A stretch of 64,000 bases of DNA. Origin: Eledone cirrhosa (lineage: Eukaryota). Positions 1-15,359 of the stretch are shown here, in pieces. Numbering within the stretch: position 1 is the stretch's first letter; each line of letters opens with the position of its first letter. The stretch covers positions 438,340,001-438,404,000 of the forward strand of contig OZ024740.1 of the NCBI GenBank assembly GCA_964016885.1, written 5' to 3'. Below the pieces are notes generated by a model, which saw only the letters and a program-made list of their open reading frames with translations, did not search any database and was not told where the DNA came from. A program made the position numbers and the translations under genes.

Positions 1-250
1 ACATCTTAATATAACATACCTTAATAGAAAACACCTTTATAGAACATAGCTTTATAGAACATAGCTTAATAGAACATACCTTTATAGTAAATAGCTTAAT
101 AGAACATACCTTTATAGAACAGACCTCAATAGAACACATCTTTATAGAACACACCTTTATAGAACATAGCTTAATAGAACATACCTTTATAGAACAGACC
201 TTTATAGAACATACCTTCATAGAACATACCTTTATAGTACAAACCTTTAT

Positions 251-264
251 AGTACATACTTTAT
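251..264. repeat. 14-bp deletion monomer AGTACATACTTTAT, a higher-order-repeat landmark (also at 1450, 6489, 8633, 10777, 11977, 30605, 34144, 35343)
   Basis: The same single-C loss always follows an AGTACAAACC monomer. It shifts the array register by -1 and ends the minus-strand ORFs with VCTIKYVL*. Confidence 0.93.
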
Positions 265-1100
265 AGTACATACCTTTATAGAATATACCTTTATAGAACA
301 GACCTTTATAGAACACACCTTTATAGAACATACCTTAATAGAACATTCCTTTATAGAACAGGCCTTTATAGAACATACCGTTATAGTACATACCTTTATA
401 GTACATACCTTAATAGAACATGCCTTTATAGAAAATACCTTTATAGAACAGACCTTTATAGAGCATACCTTTATAGAACACAACTTAATAGAACATACCT
501 TTATAGAACATACCTTTATAGAACATACCTTTATAGAACATACCTTTATAGAACATACCTTTATAGAACATACCTTTATAGAACATACCTTTATAGAATA
601 TACCTTTATAGAATATACCTTTATAGAACAGACCTTTATAGAACATACCTTTATAGAACATACCTTTATGGAACATACCTTTATAGAACAGACCTTTATA
701 GAACATACCTTTATAGAACATACCTTTATGGAACATACCTTTATAGAACACACCTTTATAGAACATACCTTTATAGAACACACCTTTATAGAACATACAT
801 TTATAGAAAAACCCTTTATAGAACACACCTTTATAATACATACCTTTATAGAACACACCTTTATAGAACATCCCTTTATAGAACATACCTTTATAGAATA
901 GACCTTTATAGAACATACCTTTATAGAACATACCTTTATAGAACATACCTTTATAGAACATACCTTTATAGAACACACCTTTATAGAACATACCTTTATA
1001 GAACATACCTTTATAGAATAGACCTTTATAGAACATACCTTTTTAGAACACACCTTTATAGAACATACCTTTATAGAACACATCTTTATAGAAAATACCT

Positions 1101-1190
1101 TTATATTACACAACTTTATAGTACACACCTTTAGCGTACATACCTTAATAGAACAGACCTTTATAGAACATATCTTTAGAGAAGATACCT
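1101..1190. repeat. Diverged multi-monomer landmark cassette TTATATTACACAACTTTATAGTACACACCTTTAGCGTACATACC...ATCTTTAGAGAA (first of ~44 copies in the window)
   Basis: The TAGCGTAC core occurs at ~1132, 2257, 3531, 6096, 7370, 8240 and so on to 62142 and 63012 (manual count). It translates as LKICSIKVCSIKVCTLKVCTIKLCNIK on the minus strand. Confidence 0.9.
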
Positions 1191-4019
1191 TTATAGAATA
1201 GACCTTTATAGAACACACCTTTATAGAATGCAGCTTTATAGAACAGACATTTATAGAACACACCTTTATAGAACATATCTTTATAGAACACATCTTAATA
1301 TAACATACCTTAATAGAAAAAACCTTTATAGAACATAGCTTAATAGAACATACCTTTATAGTAAATACCTTAATAGAACATACCTTTATAGAACAGACCT
1401 TTATAGAACATACCTTCATAGAACATACCTTTATAGTACAAACCTTTATAGTACATACTTTATAGTACATACCTTTATAGAATATACCTTTATAGAACAG
1501 ACCTTTATAGAACACACCTTTATAGAACATACCTTTATAGAACATACTTTAATAGAACATGCCTTTATAGAACAGACCTTTATAGAACATACCTTTATAG
1601 TTATTACCTTTATAGAACATACCTTAATAGAACATACCTTTATAGAACACACCTTTATAGAACAGACCCTTATAGAACATGCCTTTATAGGAAATACCTT
1701 TATAGAACAGACCTTTATAGAGCATACCTTTATAGAACACAACTTAATAGAACATACCTTTATAGAACATACCTTTATAGAACATACCTTTATAGAACAT
1801 ACCTTTATAGAACATACCTTTATAGAACATACCTTTATAGAACATACCTTTATAGAATATACCTTTATAGAATATACCTTTATAGAACAGACCTTTATAG
1901 AACATAACTTTATAGAACATACCTTTATGGAACATACCTTTATAGAACAGACCTTTATAGAACATACCTTTATAGAAAATACCTTTATAGAACATACCTT
2001 TATAGAACACACCTTTATAGAACATACCTTTATTGAACATACCTCAATATAACATACCTTAATAGAACACACCTTTATAGACCATACCTTAATAGAACAT
2101 ACCTTTATAGAACATACCTTTATAGAACATACCTTTATAGAACACACCTTTATAGAACATACCTTTATAGAACATACCTTTATAGAATAGATCTTTATAG
2201 AACATAGCTTTTTAGAACACACCTTTATATTACACAACTTTATAGTACACACATTTAGCGTACATACCTTAATAGAACAGACCTTTATAGAACATATCTT
2301 TAGAGAAGATACCTTTATAGAATAGACCTTTATAGAACACACCTTTATAGAAAATGCCTTTATAGAACAGATCTTTATAGAACACACCTTTATAGAACAC
2401 ACCTTTATAGAACATACCTTTATAGAACATACTTTTATAGAACACACCTTTATAGAATACACCTTAATATAACATACCTTAATAGAACACACCTTTATAG
2501 AACATATCTTTATAATACATACCTTTATAGAACACAACTTTATAGAATATACCTTTATAGAATGTACCCTTATAGAACACACCTTTATAGTACATACCTT
2601 AAAAGAACATACCTTTATAGAACACACCTTTATAGTACATACATTAATAGAACATACCTTAATAGAACATACCTTTATAGAACATACTTTAATAGAACAT
2701 GCCTTTATAGAACATACTTTAATAGAACATGCCTTTATAGAACAGACCTTTATAGAACATACCTTTATAGTTATTATCTTTATAGAACATACCCTAATAG
2801 AACATACCTTTATAGAACACACATTTATAGAACAGACCCTTATAGAACATACCTTAATAGAACATGCCTTTATAGAACAGGCCTTTATAGAACATACCTT
2901 TATAGTACATACCTTTATAGTACATACCTTAATAGAACATGCCTTTATAGAAAATACCTTCATAGAACAGACCTTTATAGAACATACCTTTATAGAAAAT
3001 ACCTTTATAGAAAATACCTTTATAGAACATACCTTTATAGAACATACCTTTATAGAACCTACCTCTATAGAACACACCTTAAGAAAACATACCTTTATAG
3101 AACATACCTTTATAGAACATACCTTTATAGTACATACCTTTATAGTACAAACCTTAATAGAACATACCTTTATAGAACATAGCTTTATAGAACACACCTT
3201 AATAGAACACACCTTTATAGAACATAGCTTAATAGAACATACCTTTATAGAACAGACCTTTATAGAACATACCTTTATAGAACATACCTTTATAGAACAT
3301 ACCTTTATAGAACACACCTTTATAGAATAGACCTTTATAGAACATACCTCTATAGAACATACCTTTATAGAATAGACCTTTATAGAACATACCTTTATAG
3401 AACATACCTTTATAGAATAGACCTTTATAGACCATACCTTTTTAGAACACACCTTTATAGAACATACCTTTATAGAACACACCTTTATAGAACATACCTT
3501 TATATTACACAACTTTATAGTACACACCTTTAGCGTACATACCTTAATAGAACATACCTTTATAGAACATATCTTTAGAGAATATATCTTTATAGAATAG
3601 ACATTTATAGAACATACCTTTATAGAACACACCTTTATAATACATAACTTTATAGAACACACCTTTATAGAACATACCTTTATAGAACATACCTTTATAG
3701 AACACACCTTTATAGAATACACCTTAATATAACATACCTTAATAGAACACACCTTTATAGAACTTATCTTTATAGTACATACCTTTATAGAACACACCTT
3801 TATAGAATATACCTTTATAGAATGTACCCTTATAGAACATACCTTTATAGTACATACCTTAAAAGAACATACCTTTATAGAACACACCTTTATAGTACAT
3901 ACATTAATAGAACATACCTTAATAGAACATACCTTTATAGAACATACTTTAATAGAACATGCCTTTATAGAACATACTTTAATAGAAAATGCCTTTATAG
4001 AACAGACCTTTATAGAACA

Positions 4020-5170
4020 TACCTTTATAGTTATTACCTTTATAGAACATACGTTAATAGAACATACCTTTATAGAACACACCTTTATAGAACAGACCTT
4101 TATAGAACATACCTTTATAGCATATACCTTTATAGAACAGACCTTTATAGAACATACCTTTATAGAACACACCTTAATAGAACATGCCTTTATAGAACAG
4201 GCCTTTATAGAACATACCTTTATAGTACATACCTTTATAGTACATACCTTAATAGAACATGCCTTTATAGAAAATACCTTTATAGAACATACCTTTATAG
4301 AACATACCTTTATAGAACATACCTTTATAGAACACACCTTAATAGAACATACCTTTATAGAACATACCTTTATAGAACATATCTTTATAGAACATAACTT
4401 TATAGAACATACCTTTATAGAACATACATTTATAGAACATACCTTTATAGAATATACCTTTATAGAATATACCTTTATAGAACATACCTTTATAGAACAT
4501 ACCTTTATAGAACACACCTTAATAGAACATACCTTTATAGAACATAACTTTATAGAACATACCTTTATAGAACATACCTTAATAGAACATGCCTTTATAG
4601 AAAATACCTTCATAGAACAGACCTTTATAGAACATACCTTTATAGATATTACCTTTATAGAACATACGTTAATAGAACATACCTTTATAGAACACACCTT
4701 TATAGAACAGACCTTTATAGAACATACCTTTATAGCATATACCTTTATAGAACAGACCTTTATAGAACATACCTTTATAGAACACACCTTAATAGAACGT
4801 GCCTTTATAGAACAGGCCTTTATAGAACATACCTTTATAGTACATACCTTTATAGTACATACCTTAATAGAACATGCCTTTATAGAAAATACCTTTATAG
4901 AACATACCTTTATAGAACATACCTTTATAGAACATACCTTTATAGAACACACCTTAATAGAACATACCTTTATAGAACATACCTTTATAGAACATATCTT
5001 TATAGAACATAACTTTATAGAACATACCTTTATAGAACATACATTTATAGAACATACCTTTATAGAATATACCTTTATAGAATATACCTTTATAGAACAT
5101 ACCTTTATAGAACATACCTTTATAGAACACACCTTAATAGAACATACCTTTATAGAACATAACTTTATAG
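4020..5170. repeat. Local 615-bp (41-monomer) duplication
   Basis: Rare variants recur at offset 615: ACGTTAATAG at 4051/4666 and the GCATAT variant (C at 4121/4736). Boundaries are approximate. Confidence 0.8.
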
Positions 5171-6099
5171 AACATACCTTTATAGAACATAACTTTATAG
5201 AACATACCTTTATAGAACATACCTTTATAGAACATACCTTTATAGAATATACCTTTATAGAATATACCTTTATAGAACAGACCTTTATAGAACATACCTT
5301 TATAGAACATACCTTTATAGAACATACCTTTATAGAACAGACCTTTATAGAACATACCTTTATAGAAAATACCTTTATAGAACATACCTTTATAGAATAT
5401 ACCTTTATAGAATATACCTTTATAGAACAGACCTTTATAGAACATACCTTTATAGAACAGACCTTTATAGAACATACCTTTATAGAAAATACCTTTATAG
5501 AACATACCTTTATAGAACACACCTTTATAGAACATACCTTTATTGAACATACCTCAATATAACATACCTTAATTGAACACACCTTTATAGAACACACCTT
5601 AATAGAACACACCTTTATAGACCATACCTTAATAGAACATACCTTTATAGAACAGACCCTTATAGAACATACCTTTATAGAACATACCTTTATAGAACAC
5701 ATCTTAATAGAACATACCTTTATAGAACATACCTTTATAGAACACAGCTTTGTAGAACATACCTTTATAGAATATACCTTTCTAGAACATACCTTTATAG
5801 AACAGATCTTTATAGAACATACCTTTATAGTACATACCTTTATAGTACATACCTTAATAGAACATACCTTTATAGAACACACCTTTATAGAATAGACCTT
5901 TATAGAACATACCTCTATAGAACATACCTTTATAGAATAGACCTTTATAGAACATACCTTTATACAACATACCTTTATAGAATAGACCTTTATAGAACAT
6001 ACCTTTTTAGAACACACCATTATAGAACATACCTTTATAGAACACACCTTTATAGAACATACCTTTATATCACACAACTTTATAGTACACACCTTTAGC

Positions 6100-9000
6100 G
6101 TACATACCTTAATAGAACATACCTTTATAGAACATATCTTTAGAGAAGATACCTTTATAGAATAGACCTTTATAGAACACACCTTTATAGAATGCAGCTT
6201 TATAGAACAGACATTTATAGAACACACCTTTATAGAACATACCTTTATAGAACACATCTTAATATAACATACCTTAATAGAAAACACCTTTAGAGAACAT
6301 AGCTTAATAGAACATACCTTTATAGTAAATAGCTTAATAGAACATACCTTTATAGAACAGACCTCAATAGAACACATCTTTATAGAACACACCTTTATAG
6401 AACATAGCTTAATAGAACATACCTTTATAGAACAGACCTTTATAGAACATACCTTCATAGAACATACCTTTATAGTACAAACCTTTATAGTACATACTTT
6501 ATAGTACATACCTTTATAGAATATACCTTTATAGAACAGACCTTTATAGAACACACCTTTATAGAACATAGCTTAATAGAACATTCCTTTATAGAACAGG
6601 CCTTTATAGAACATACCGTTATAGTACATACCTTTATAGTACATACCTTAATAGAACATGCCTTTATAGAAAATACCTTTATAGAACAGACCTTTATAGA
6701 GCATACCTTTATAGAACACAACTTAATAGAACATACCTTTATAGAACATACCTTTATAGAACATACCTTTATAGAACATACCTTTATAGAACATACCTTT
6801 ATAGAACATACCTTTATAGAACATACCTTTATAGAATATACCTTTATAGAATATACCTTTATAGAACATACTTTTATAGAACATACCTTTATAGAACATA
6901 CCTTTATGGAACATACCTTTATAGAACAGACCTTTATAGAACATACCTTTATAGAACATACCTTTATGGAACATACCTTTATAGAACACACCTTTATAGA
7001 ACATACCTTTATAGAACACACCTTTATAGAACATACATTTATAGAAAAGCCCTTTATAGAACACACCTTTATAATACATACCTTTATAGAACACACCTTT
7101 ATAGAACATCCCTTTATAGAACATACCTTTATAGAATAGACCTTTATAGAACATACCTTTATAGAACATACCTGTATAGAACATACCTTTATAGAACATA
7201 CCTTTATAGAACACACCTTTATAGAACATACCTTTATAGAACATACCTTTATAGAATAGACCTTTATAGAACATACCTTTTTAGAACACACCTTTATAGA
7301 ACATACCTTTATAGAACACATCTTTATAGAAAATACCTTTATATTACACAACTTTATAGTACACACCTTTAGCGTACATACCTTAATAGAACAGACCTTT
7401 ATAGAACATATCTTTAGAGAAGATACCTTTATAGAATAGACCTTTATAGAACACACCTTTATAGAATACAGCTTTATAGTACATACCTTTATAGAACACA
7501 CCTTTATAGAACAGACCCTTATAGAACATACGTTTATAGAATATACCTTTATAGAACAGACCTTTATAGAACATACCTTTATGGAACACACCTTAATAGA
7601 ACATGCCTTTATAGAACAGGCCTTTATAGAACATACCGTTATAGTACATACCTTTATAGTACATACCTTAATAGAACATGCCTTTATAGAAAATACCTTT
7701 ATAGAACAGACCTTTATAGAACATACCTTTATAGAAAATACCTTTATAGAAAATACCTTTATAGAACATACCTTTATAGAACATACCTTTATAGAACCTA
7801 TCTTTATAGAACATACCTTTATAGAACACACCTTTATAAAACATACCTTTATACAACACACCTTTATAGAACATACCTTTATAGAACACACCTTTATAGA
7901 ACATACATTTATAGAAAAGCCCTTTATAGAACACACCTTTATAATACATACCTTTATAGAACACACCTTTATAGAACATCCCTTTATAGAACATACCTTT
8001 ATAGAATAGACCTTTATAGAACATACCTTTATAGAACATACCTTTATAGAACATACCTTTATAGAACATACCTTTATAGAACACACCTTTATAGAACATA
8101 CCTTTATAGAACATACCTTTATAGAATAGACCTTTATAGAACATACCTTTTCAGAACACACCTTTATAGAACATACCTTTATAGAACAGATCTTTATAGA
8201 AAATACCTTTATATTACACAACTTTATAGTACACACCTTTAGCGTACATACCTTAATAGAACAGACCTTTATAGAACATATCTTTAGAGAAGATACCTTT
8301 ATAGAATAGACCTTTATAGAACACACCTTTATAGAATGCAGCTTTATAGAACAGACATTTATAGAACACACCTTTATAGAACATACCTTTATAGAACACA
8401 TCTTAATATAACATACCTTAATAGAAAACACCTTTAGAGAACATAGCTTAATAGAACATACCTTTATAGTAAATAGCTTAATAGAACATACCTTTATAGA
8501 ACAGACCTCAATAGAACACATCTTTATAGAACACACCTTTATAGAACATAGCTTAATAGAACATACCTTTATAGAACAGACCTTTATAGAACATACCTTC
8601 ATAGAACATACCTTTATAGTACAAACCTTTATAGTACATACTTTATAGTACATACCTTTATAGAATATACCTTTATAGAACAGACCTTTATAGAACACAC
8701 CTTTATAGAACATACCTTAATAGAACATTCCTTTATAGAACAGGCCTTTATAGAACATACCGTTATAGTACATACCTTTATAGTACATACCTTAATAGAA
8801 CATGCCTTTATAGAAAATACCTTTATAGAACAGACCTTTATAGAGCATACCTTTATAGAACACAACTTAATAGAACATACCTTTATAGAACATACCTTTA
8901 TAGAACATACCTTTATAGAACATACCTTTATAGAACATACCTTTATAGAACATACCTTTATAGAACATACCTTTATAGAATATACCTTTATAGAATATAC

Positions 9001-11750
9001 CTTTATAGAACAGACCTTTATAGAACATACCTTTATAGAACATACCTTTATGGAACATACCTTTATAGAACAGACCTTTATAGAACATACCTTTATAGAA
9101 CATACCTTTATGGAACATACCTTTATAGAACACACCTTTATAGAACATACCTTTATAGAACACACCTTTATAGAACATACATTTATAGAAAAGCCCTTTA
9201 TAGAACACACCTTTATAATACATACCTTTATAGAACACACCTTTATAGAACATCCCTTTATAGAACATACCTTTATAGAATAGACCTTTATAGAACATAC
9301 CTTTATAGAACATACCTGTATAGAACATACCTTTATAGAACATACCTTTATAGAACACACCTTTATAGAACATACCTTTATAGAACATACCTTTATAGAA
9401 TAGACCTTTATAGAACATACCTTTTTAGAACACACCTTTATAGAACATACCTTTATAGAACACATCTTTATAGAAAATACCTTTATATTACACAACTTTA
9501 TAGTACACACCTTTAGCGTACATACCTTAATAGAACAGACCTTTATAGAACATATCTTTAGAGAAGATACCTTTATAGAATAGACCTTTATAGAACACAC
9601 CTTTATAGAATACAGCTTTATAGTACATACCTTTATAGAACACACCTTTATAGAACAGACCCTTATAGAACATACGTTTATAGAATATACCTTTATAGAA
9701 CAGACCTTTATAGAACATACCTTTATGGAACACACCTTAATAGAACATGCCTTTATAGAACAGGCCTTTATAGAACATACCGTTATAGTACATACCTTTA
9801 TAGTACATACCTTAATAGAACATGCCTTTATAGAAAATACCTTTATAGAACAGACCTTTATAGAACATACCTTTATAGAAAATACCTTTATAGAAAATAC
9901 CTTTATAGAACATACCTTTATAGAACATACCTTTATAGAACCTATCTTTATAGAACATACCTTTATAGAACACACCTTTATAAAACATACCTTTATACAA
10001 CACACCTTTATAGAACATACCTTTATAGAACACACCTTTATAGAACATACATTTATAGAAAAGCCCTTTATAGAACACACCTTTATAATACATACCTTTA
10101 TAGAACACACCTTTATAGAACATCCCTTTATAGAACATACCTTTATAGAATAGACCTTTATAGAACATACCTTTATAGAACATACCTTTATAGAACATAC
10201 CTTTATAGAACATACCTTTATAGAACACACCTTTATAGAACATACCTTTATAGAACATACCTTTATAGAATAGACCTTTATAGAACATACCTTTTCAGAA
10301 CACACCTTTATAGAACATACCTTTATAGAACAGATCTTTATAGAAAATACCTTTATATTACACAACTTTATAGTACACACCTTTAGCGTACATACCTTAA
10401 TAGAACAGACCTTTATAGAACATATCTTTAGAGAAGATACCTTTATAGAATAGACCTTTATAGAACACACCTTTATAGAATGCAGCTTTATAGAACAGAC
10501 ATTTATAGAACACACCTTTATAGAACATACCTTTATAGAACACATCTTAATATAACATACCTTAATAGAAAACACCTTTATAGAACATAGCTTAATAGAA
10601 CATACCTTTATAGTAAATAGCTTAATAGAACATACCTTTATAGAACAGACCTCAATAGAACACATCTTTATAGAACACACCTTTATAGAACATAGCTTAA
10701 TAGAACATACCTTTATAGAACAGACCTTTATAGAACATACCTTCATAGAACATACCTTTATAGTACAAACCTTTATAGTACATACTTTATAGTACATACC
10801 TTTATAGAATATACCTTTATAGAACAGACCTTTATAGAACACACCTTTATAGAACATACCTTAATAGAACATTCCTTTATAGAACAGGCCTTTATAGAAC
10901 ATACCGTTATAGTACATACCTTTATAGTACATACCTTAATAGAACATGCCTTTATAGAAAATACCTTTATAGAACAGACCTTTATAGAGCATACCTTTAT
11001 AGAACACAACTTAATAGTACATACCTTTATAGAACATACCTTTATAGAACATACCTTTATAGAACATACCTTTATAGAACATACCTTTATAGAACATACC
11101 TTTATAGAACATACCTTTATAGAATATACCTTTATAGAATATACCTTTATAGAACAGACCTTTATAGAACATACCTTTATAGAACATACCTTTATGGAAC
11201 ATACCTTTATAGAACAGACCTTTATAGAACATACCTTTATAGAACATACCTTTATGGAACATACCTTTATAGAACACACCTTTATAGAACATACCTTTAT
11301 AGAACACACCTTTATAGAACATACATTTATAGAAAAGCCCTTTATAGAACACACCTTTATAATACATACCTTTATAGAACACACCTTTATAGAACATCCC
11401 TTTATAGAACATACCTTTATAGAATAGACCTTTATAGAACATACCTTTATAGAACATACCTTTATAGAACATACCTTTATAGAACATACCTTTATAGAAC
11501 ACACCTTTATAGAACATACCTTTATAGAACATACCTTTATAGAATAGACCTTTATAGAACATACCTTTTTAGAACACACCTTTATAGAACATACCTTTAT
11601 AGAACACATCTTTATAGAAAATACCTTTATATTACACAACTTTATAGTACAACACCTTTAGCGTACATACCTTAATAGAACAGACCTTTATAGAACATAT
11701 CTTTAGAGAAGATACCTTTATAGAATAGACCTTTATAGAACACACCTTTA
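6100..11750. repeat. Higher-order repeat, period 2144 bp (143 monomers minus 1 bp), about 2.6 copies, with an internal 870-bp sub-duplication
   Basis: AATGCAGC occurs at 6191, 8335 and 10479, and the 14-bp monomer at 6489, 8633 and 10777. ORFs at 6723/8867/11011 and 6906/9050/11194 are all offset by 2144. GAAAAGCCC recurs at about 7045 and 7915 (offset 870). Confidence 0.93.
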
Positions 11751-14700
11751 TAGAATACAGCTTTATAGAACAGACATTTATAGAACACACCTTTATAGAA
11801 CATATCTTTATAGAACACATCTTAATATAACATACCTTAATAGAAAACACCTTTATAGAACATAGCTTAATAGAACATACCTTTATAGTAAATACCTTAA
11901 TAGAACATACCTTTATAGAACAGACCTTTATAGAACATACCTTCATAGAACATACCTTTATAGTACAAACCTTTATAGTACATACTTTATAGTACATACC
12001 TTTATAGAATATACCTTTATAGAACAGACCTTTATAGAACACACCTTTATAGAACATACCTTTATAGAACATACTTTAATAGAACATGCCTTTATAGAAC
12101 AGACCTTTATAGAACATACCTTTATAGTTATTACCTTTATAGAACATACCTTAATAGAACATACCTTTATAGAACACACCTTTATAGAACAGACCCTTAT
12201 AGAACATACGTTTATAGAATATACCTTTATAGAACAGACCTTTATAGAACATACCTTTATAGAACACACCTTAATAGAACATGCCTTTATAGAACAGGCC
12301 TTTATAGAACATACCGTTATAGTACATACCTTTATAGTACATACCTTAATAGAACATGCCTTTATAGAAAATACCTTTATAGAACAGACCTTTATAGAGC
12401 ATACCTTTATAGAACACAACTTAATAGAACATACCTTTATAGAACATACCTTTATAGAACATACCTTTATAGAACATACCTTTATAGAACATACCTTTAT
12501 AGAACATACCTTTATAGAACATACCTTTATAGAATATACCTTTATAGAATATACCTTTATAGAACAGACCTTTATAGAACATAACTTTATAGAACATAAC
12601 TTTATGGAACATACCTTTATAGAACAGATCTTTATAGAACATACCTTTATAGAAAATACCTTTATAGAACATACCTTTATAGAACACACCTTTATAGAAC
12701 ATACCTTTATTGAACATACCTCAATATAACATACCTTAATAGAACACACCTTTATAGACCATACCTTAATAGAACATACCTTTATAGAACATACCTTTAT
12801 AGAACATACCTTTATAGAACACACCTTTATAGAACATACCTTTATAGAACATACCTTTATAGAATAGACCTTTATAGAACATAGCTTTTTAGAACACACC
12901 TTTATATTACACAACTTTATAGTACACACATTTAGCGTACATACCTTAATAGAACAGACCTTTATAGAACATATCTTTAGAGAAGATACCTTTATAGAAT
13001 AGACCTTTATAGAACACACCTTTATAGAAAATGCCTTTATAGAACAGATCTTTATAGAACACACCTTTATAGAACACACCTTTATAGAACATACCTTTAT
13101 AGAACATACTTTTATAGAACACACCTTTATAGAATACACCTTAATATAACATACCTTAATAGAACACACCTTTATAGAACATATCTTTATAGTACATACC
13201 TTTATAGAACACAACTTTATAGAATATACCTTTATAGAATGTACCCTTATAGAACACACCTTTATAGTACATACATTAATAGAACATACCTTAATAGAAC
13301 ATACCTTTATAGAACATACTTTAATAGAACATGCCTTTATAGAACATACTTTAATAGAACATGCCTTTATAGAACAGACCTTTATAGAACATACCTTTAT
13401 AGTTATTATCTTTATAGAACATACCCTAATAGAACATACCTTTATAGAACACACATTTATAGAACAGACCCTTATAGAACATACCTTAATAGAACATGCC
13501 TTTATAGAACAGGCCTTTATAGAACATACCTTTATAGTACATACCTTTATAGTACATACCTTAATAGAACATGCCTTTATAGAAAATACCTTCATAGAAC
13601 AGACCTTTATAGAACATACCTTTATAGAAAATACCTTTATAGAAAATACCTTTATAGAACATACCTTTATAGAACATACCTTTATAGAACCTACCTCTAT
13701 AGAACACACCTTAAGAAAACATACCTTTATAGAACATACCTTTATAGAACATACCTTTATAGTACATACCTTTATAGTACAAACCTTAATAGAACATACC
13801 TTTATAGAACATAGCTTTATAGAACACACCTTAATAGAACACACCTTTATAGAACATAGCTTAATAGAACATACCTTTATAGAACAGACCTTTATAGAAC
13901 ATACCTTTATAGAACATACCTTTATAGAACATACCTTTATAGAACACACCTTTATAGAATAGACCTTTATAGAACATACCTCTATAGAACATACCTTTAT
14001 AGAATAGACCTTTATAGAACATACCTTTATAGAACATACCTTTATAGAATAGACCTTTATAGACCATACCTTTTTAGAACACACCTTTATAGAACATACC
14101 TTTATAGAACACACCTTTATAGAACATACCTTTATATTACACAACTTTATAGTACACACCTTTAGCGTACATACCTTAATAGAACATACCTTTATAGAAC
14201 ATATCTTTAGAGAATATATCTTTATAGAATAGACATTTATAGAACATACCTTTATAGAACACACCTTTATAATACATAACTTTATAGAACACACCTTTAT
14301 AGAACATACCTTTATAGAACATACCTTTATAGAACACACCTTTATAGAATACACCTTAATATAACATACCTTAATAGAACACACCTTTATAGAACTTATC
14401 TTTATAGTACATACCTTTATAGAACACACCTTTATAGAATATACCTTTATGGAATGTACCCTTATAGAACATACCTTTATAGTACATACCTTAAAAGAAC
14501 ATACCTTTATAGAACACACCTTTATAGTACATACATTAATAGAACATACCTTAATAGAACATACCTTTATAGAACATACTTTAATAGAACATGCCTTTAT
14601 CGAACATACTTTAATAGAAAATGCCTTTATAGAACAGACCTTTATAGAACATACCTTTATAGTTATTACCTTTATAGAACATACGTTAATAGAACATACC

Positions 14701-15359
14701 TTTATAGAACACACCTTTATAGAATAGACCTTTATAGAACATACCTTTATAGCATATACCTTTATAGAACAGACCTTTATAGAACATACCTTTATAGAAC
14801 ACACCTTAATAGAACATGCCTTTATAGAACAGGCCTTTATAGAACATACCTTTATAGTACATACCTTTATAGTACATACCTTAATAGAACATGCCTTTAT
14901 AGAAAATACCTTTATAGAACATACCTTTATAGAACATACCTTTATAGAACATACCTTTATAGAACACACCTTAATAGAACATAACTTTATAGAACATACC
15001 TTTATAGAACATATCTTTATAGAACATAACTTTATAGAACATACCTTTATAGAACATACATTTATAGAACATACCTTTATAGAATATACCTTTATAGAAT
15101 ATACCTTTATAGAACATACCTTTATAGAACATACCTTTATAGAACACACCTTAATAGAACATACCTTTATAGAACATAACTTTATAGAACATACCTTTAT
15201 AGAACATACCTTAATAGAACATGCCTTTATAGAAAATACCTTCATAGAACAGACCTTTATAGAACATACCTTTATAGAAAATACCTTTATAGAAAATACC
15301 TTCATAGAACAGACCTTTATAGAACATACCTTTATAGAAAATACCTTTATAGAAAATAC

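Noticed and set aside
5779-5787. TTCTAGAA heat-shock-element-like or palindromic variant (recurs in paralogous copies)
   Set aside because: It is a single substitution from consensus and gives only two nGAAn units, whereas a functional HSE needs at least three. The recurrence follows the duplications.
1446-6569. Membership in the bacterial pentapeptide-repeat protein family or insect Thr/Cys antifreeze proteins
   Set aside because: VCSIK does not fit the A(D/N)LXX pentapeptide consensus or the TCT-containing 12-13 residue antifreeze repeat. DNA-level identity between units is much higher than expected for such proteins.
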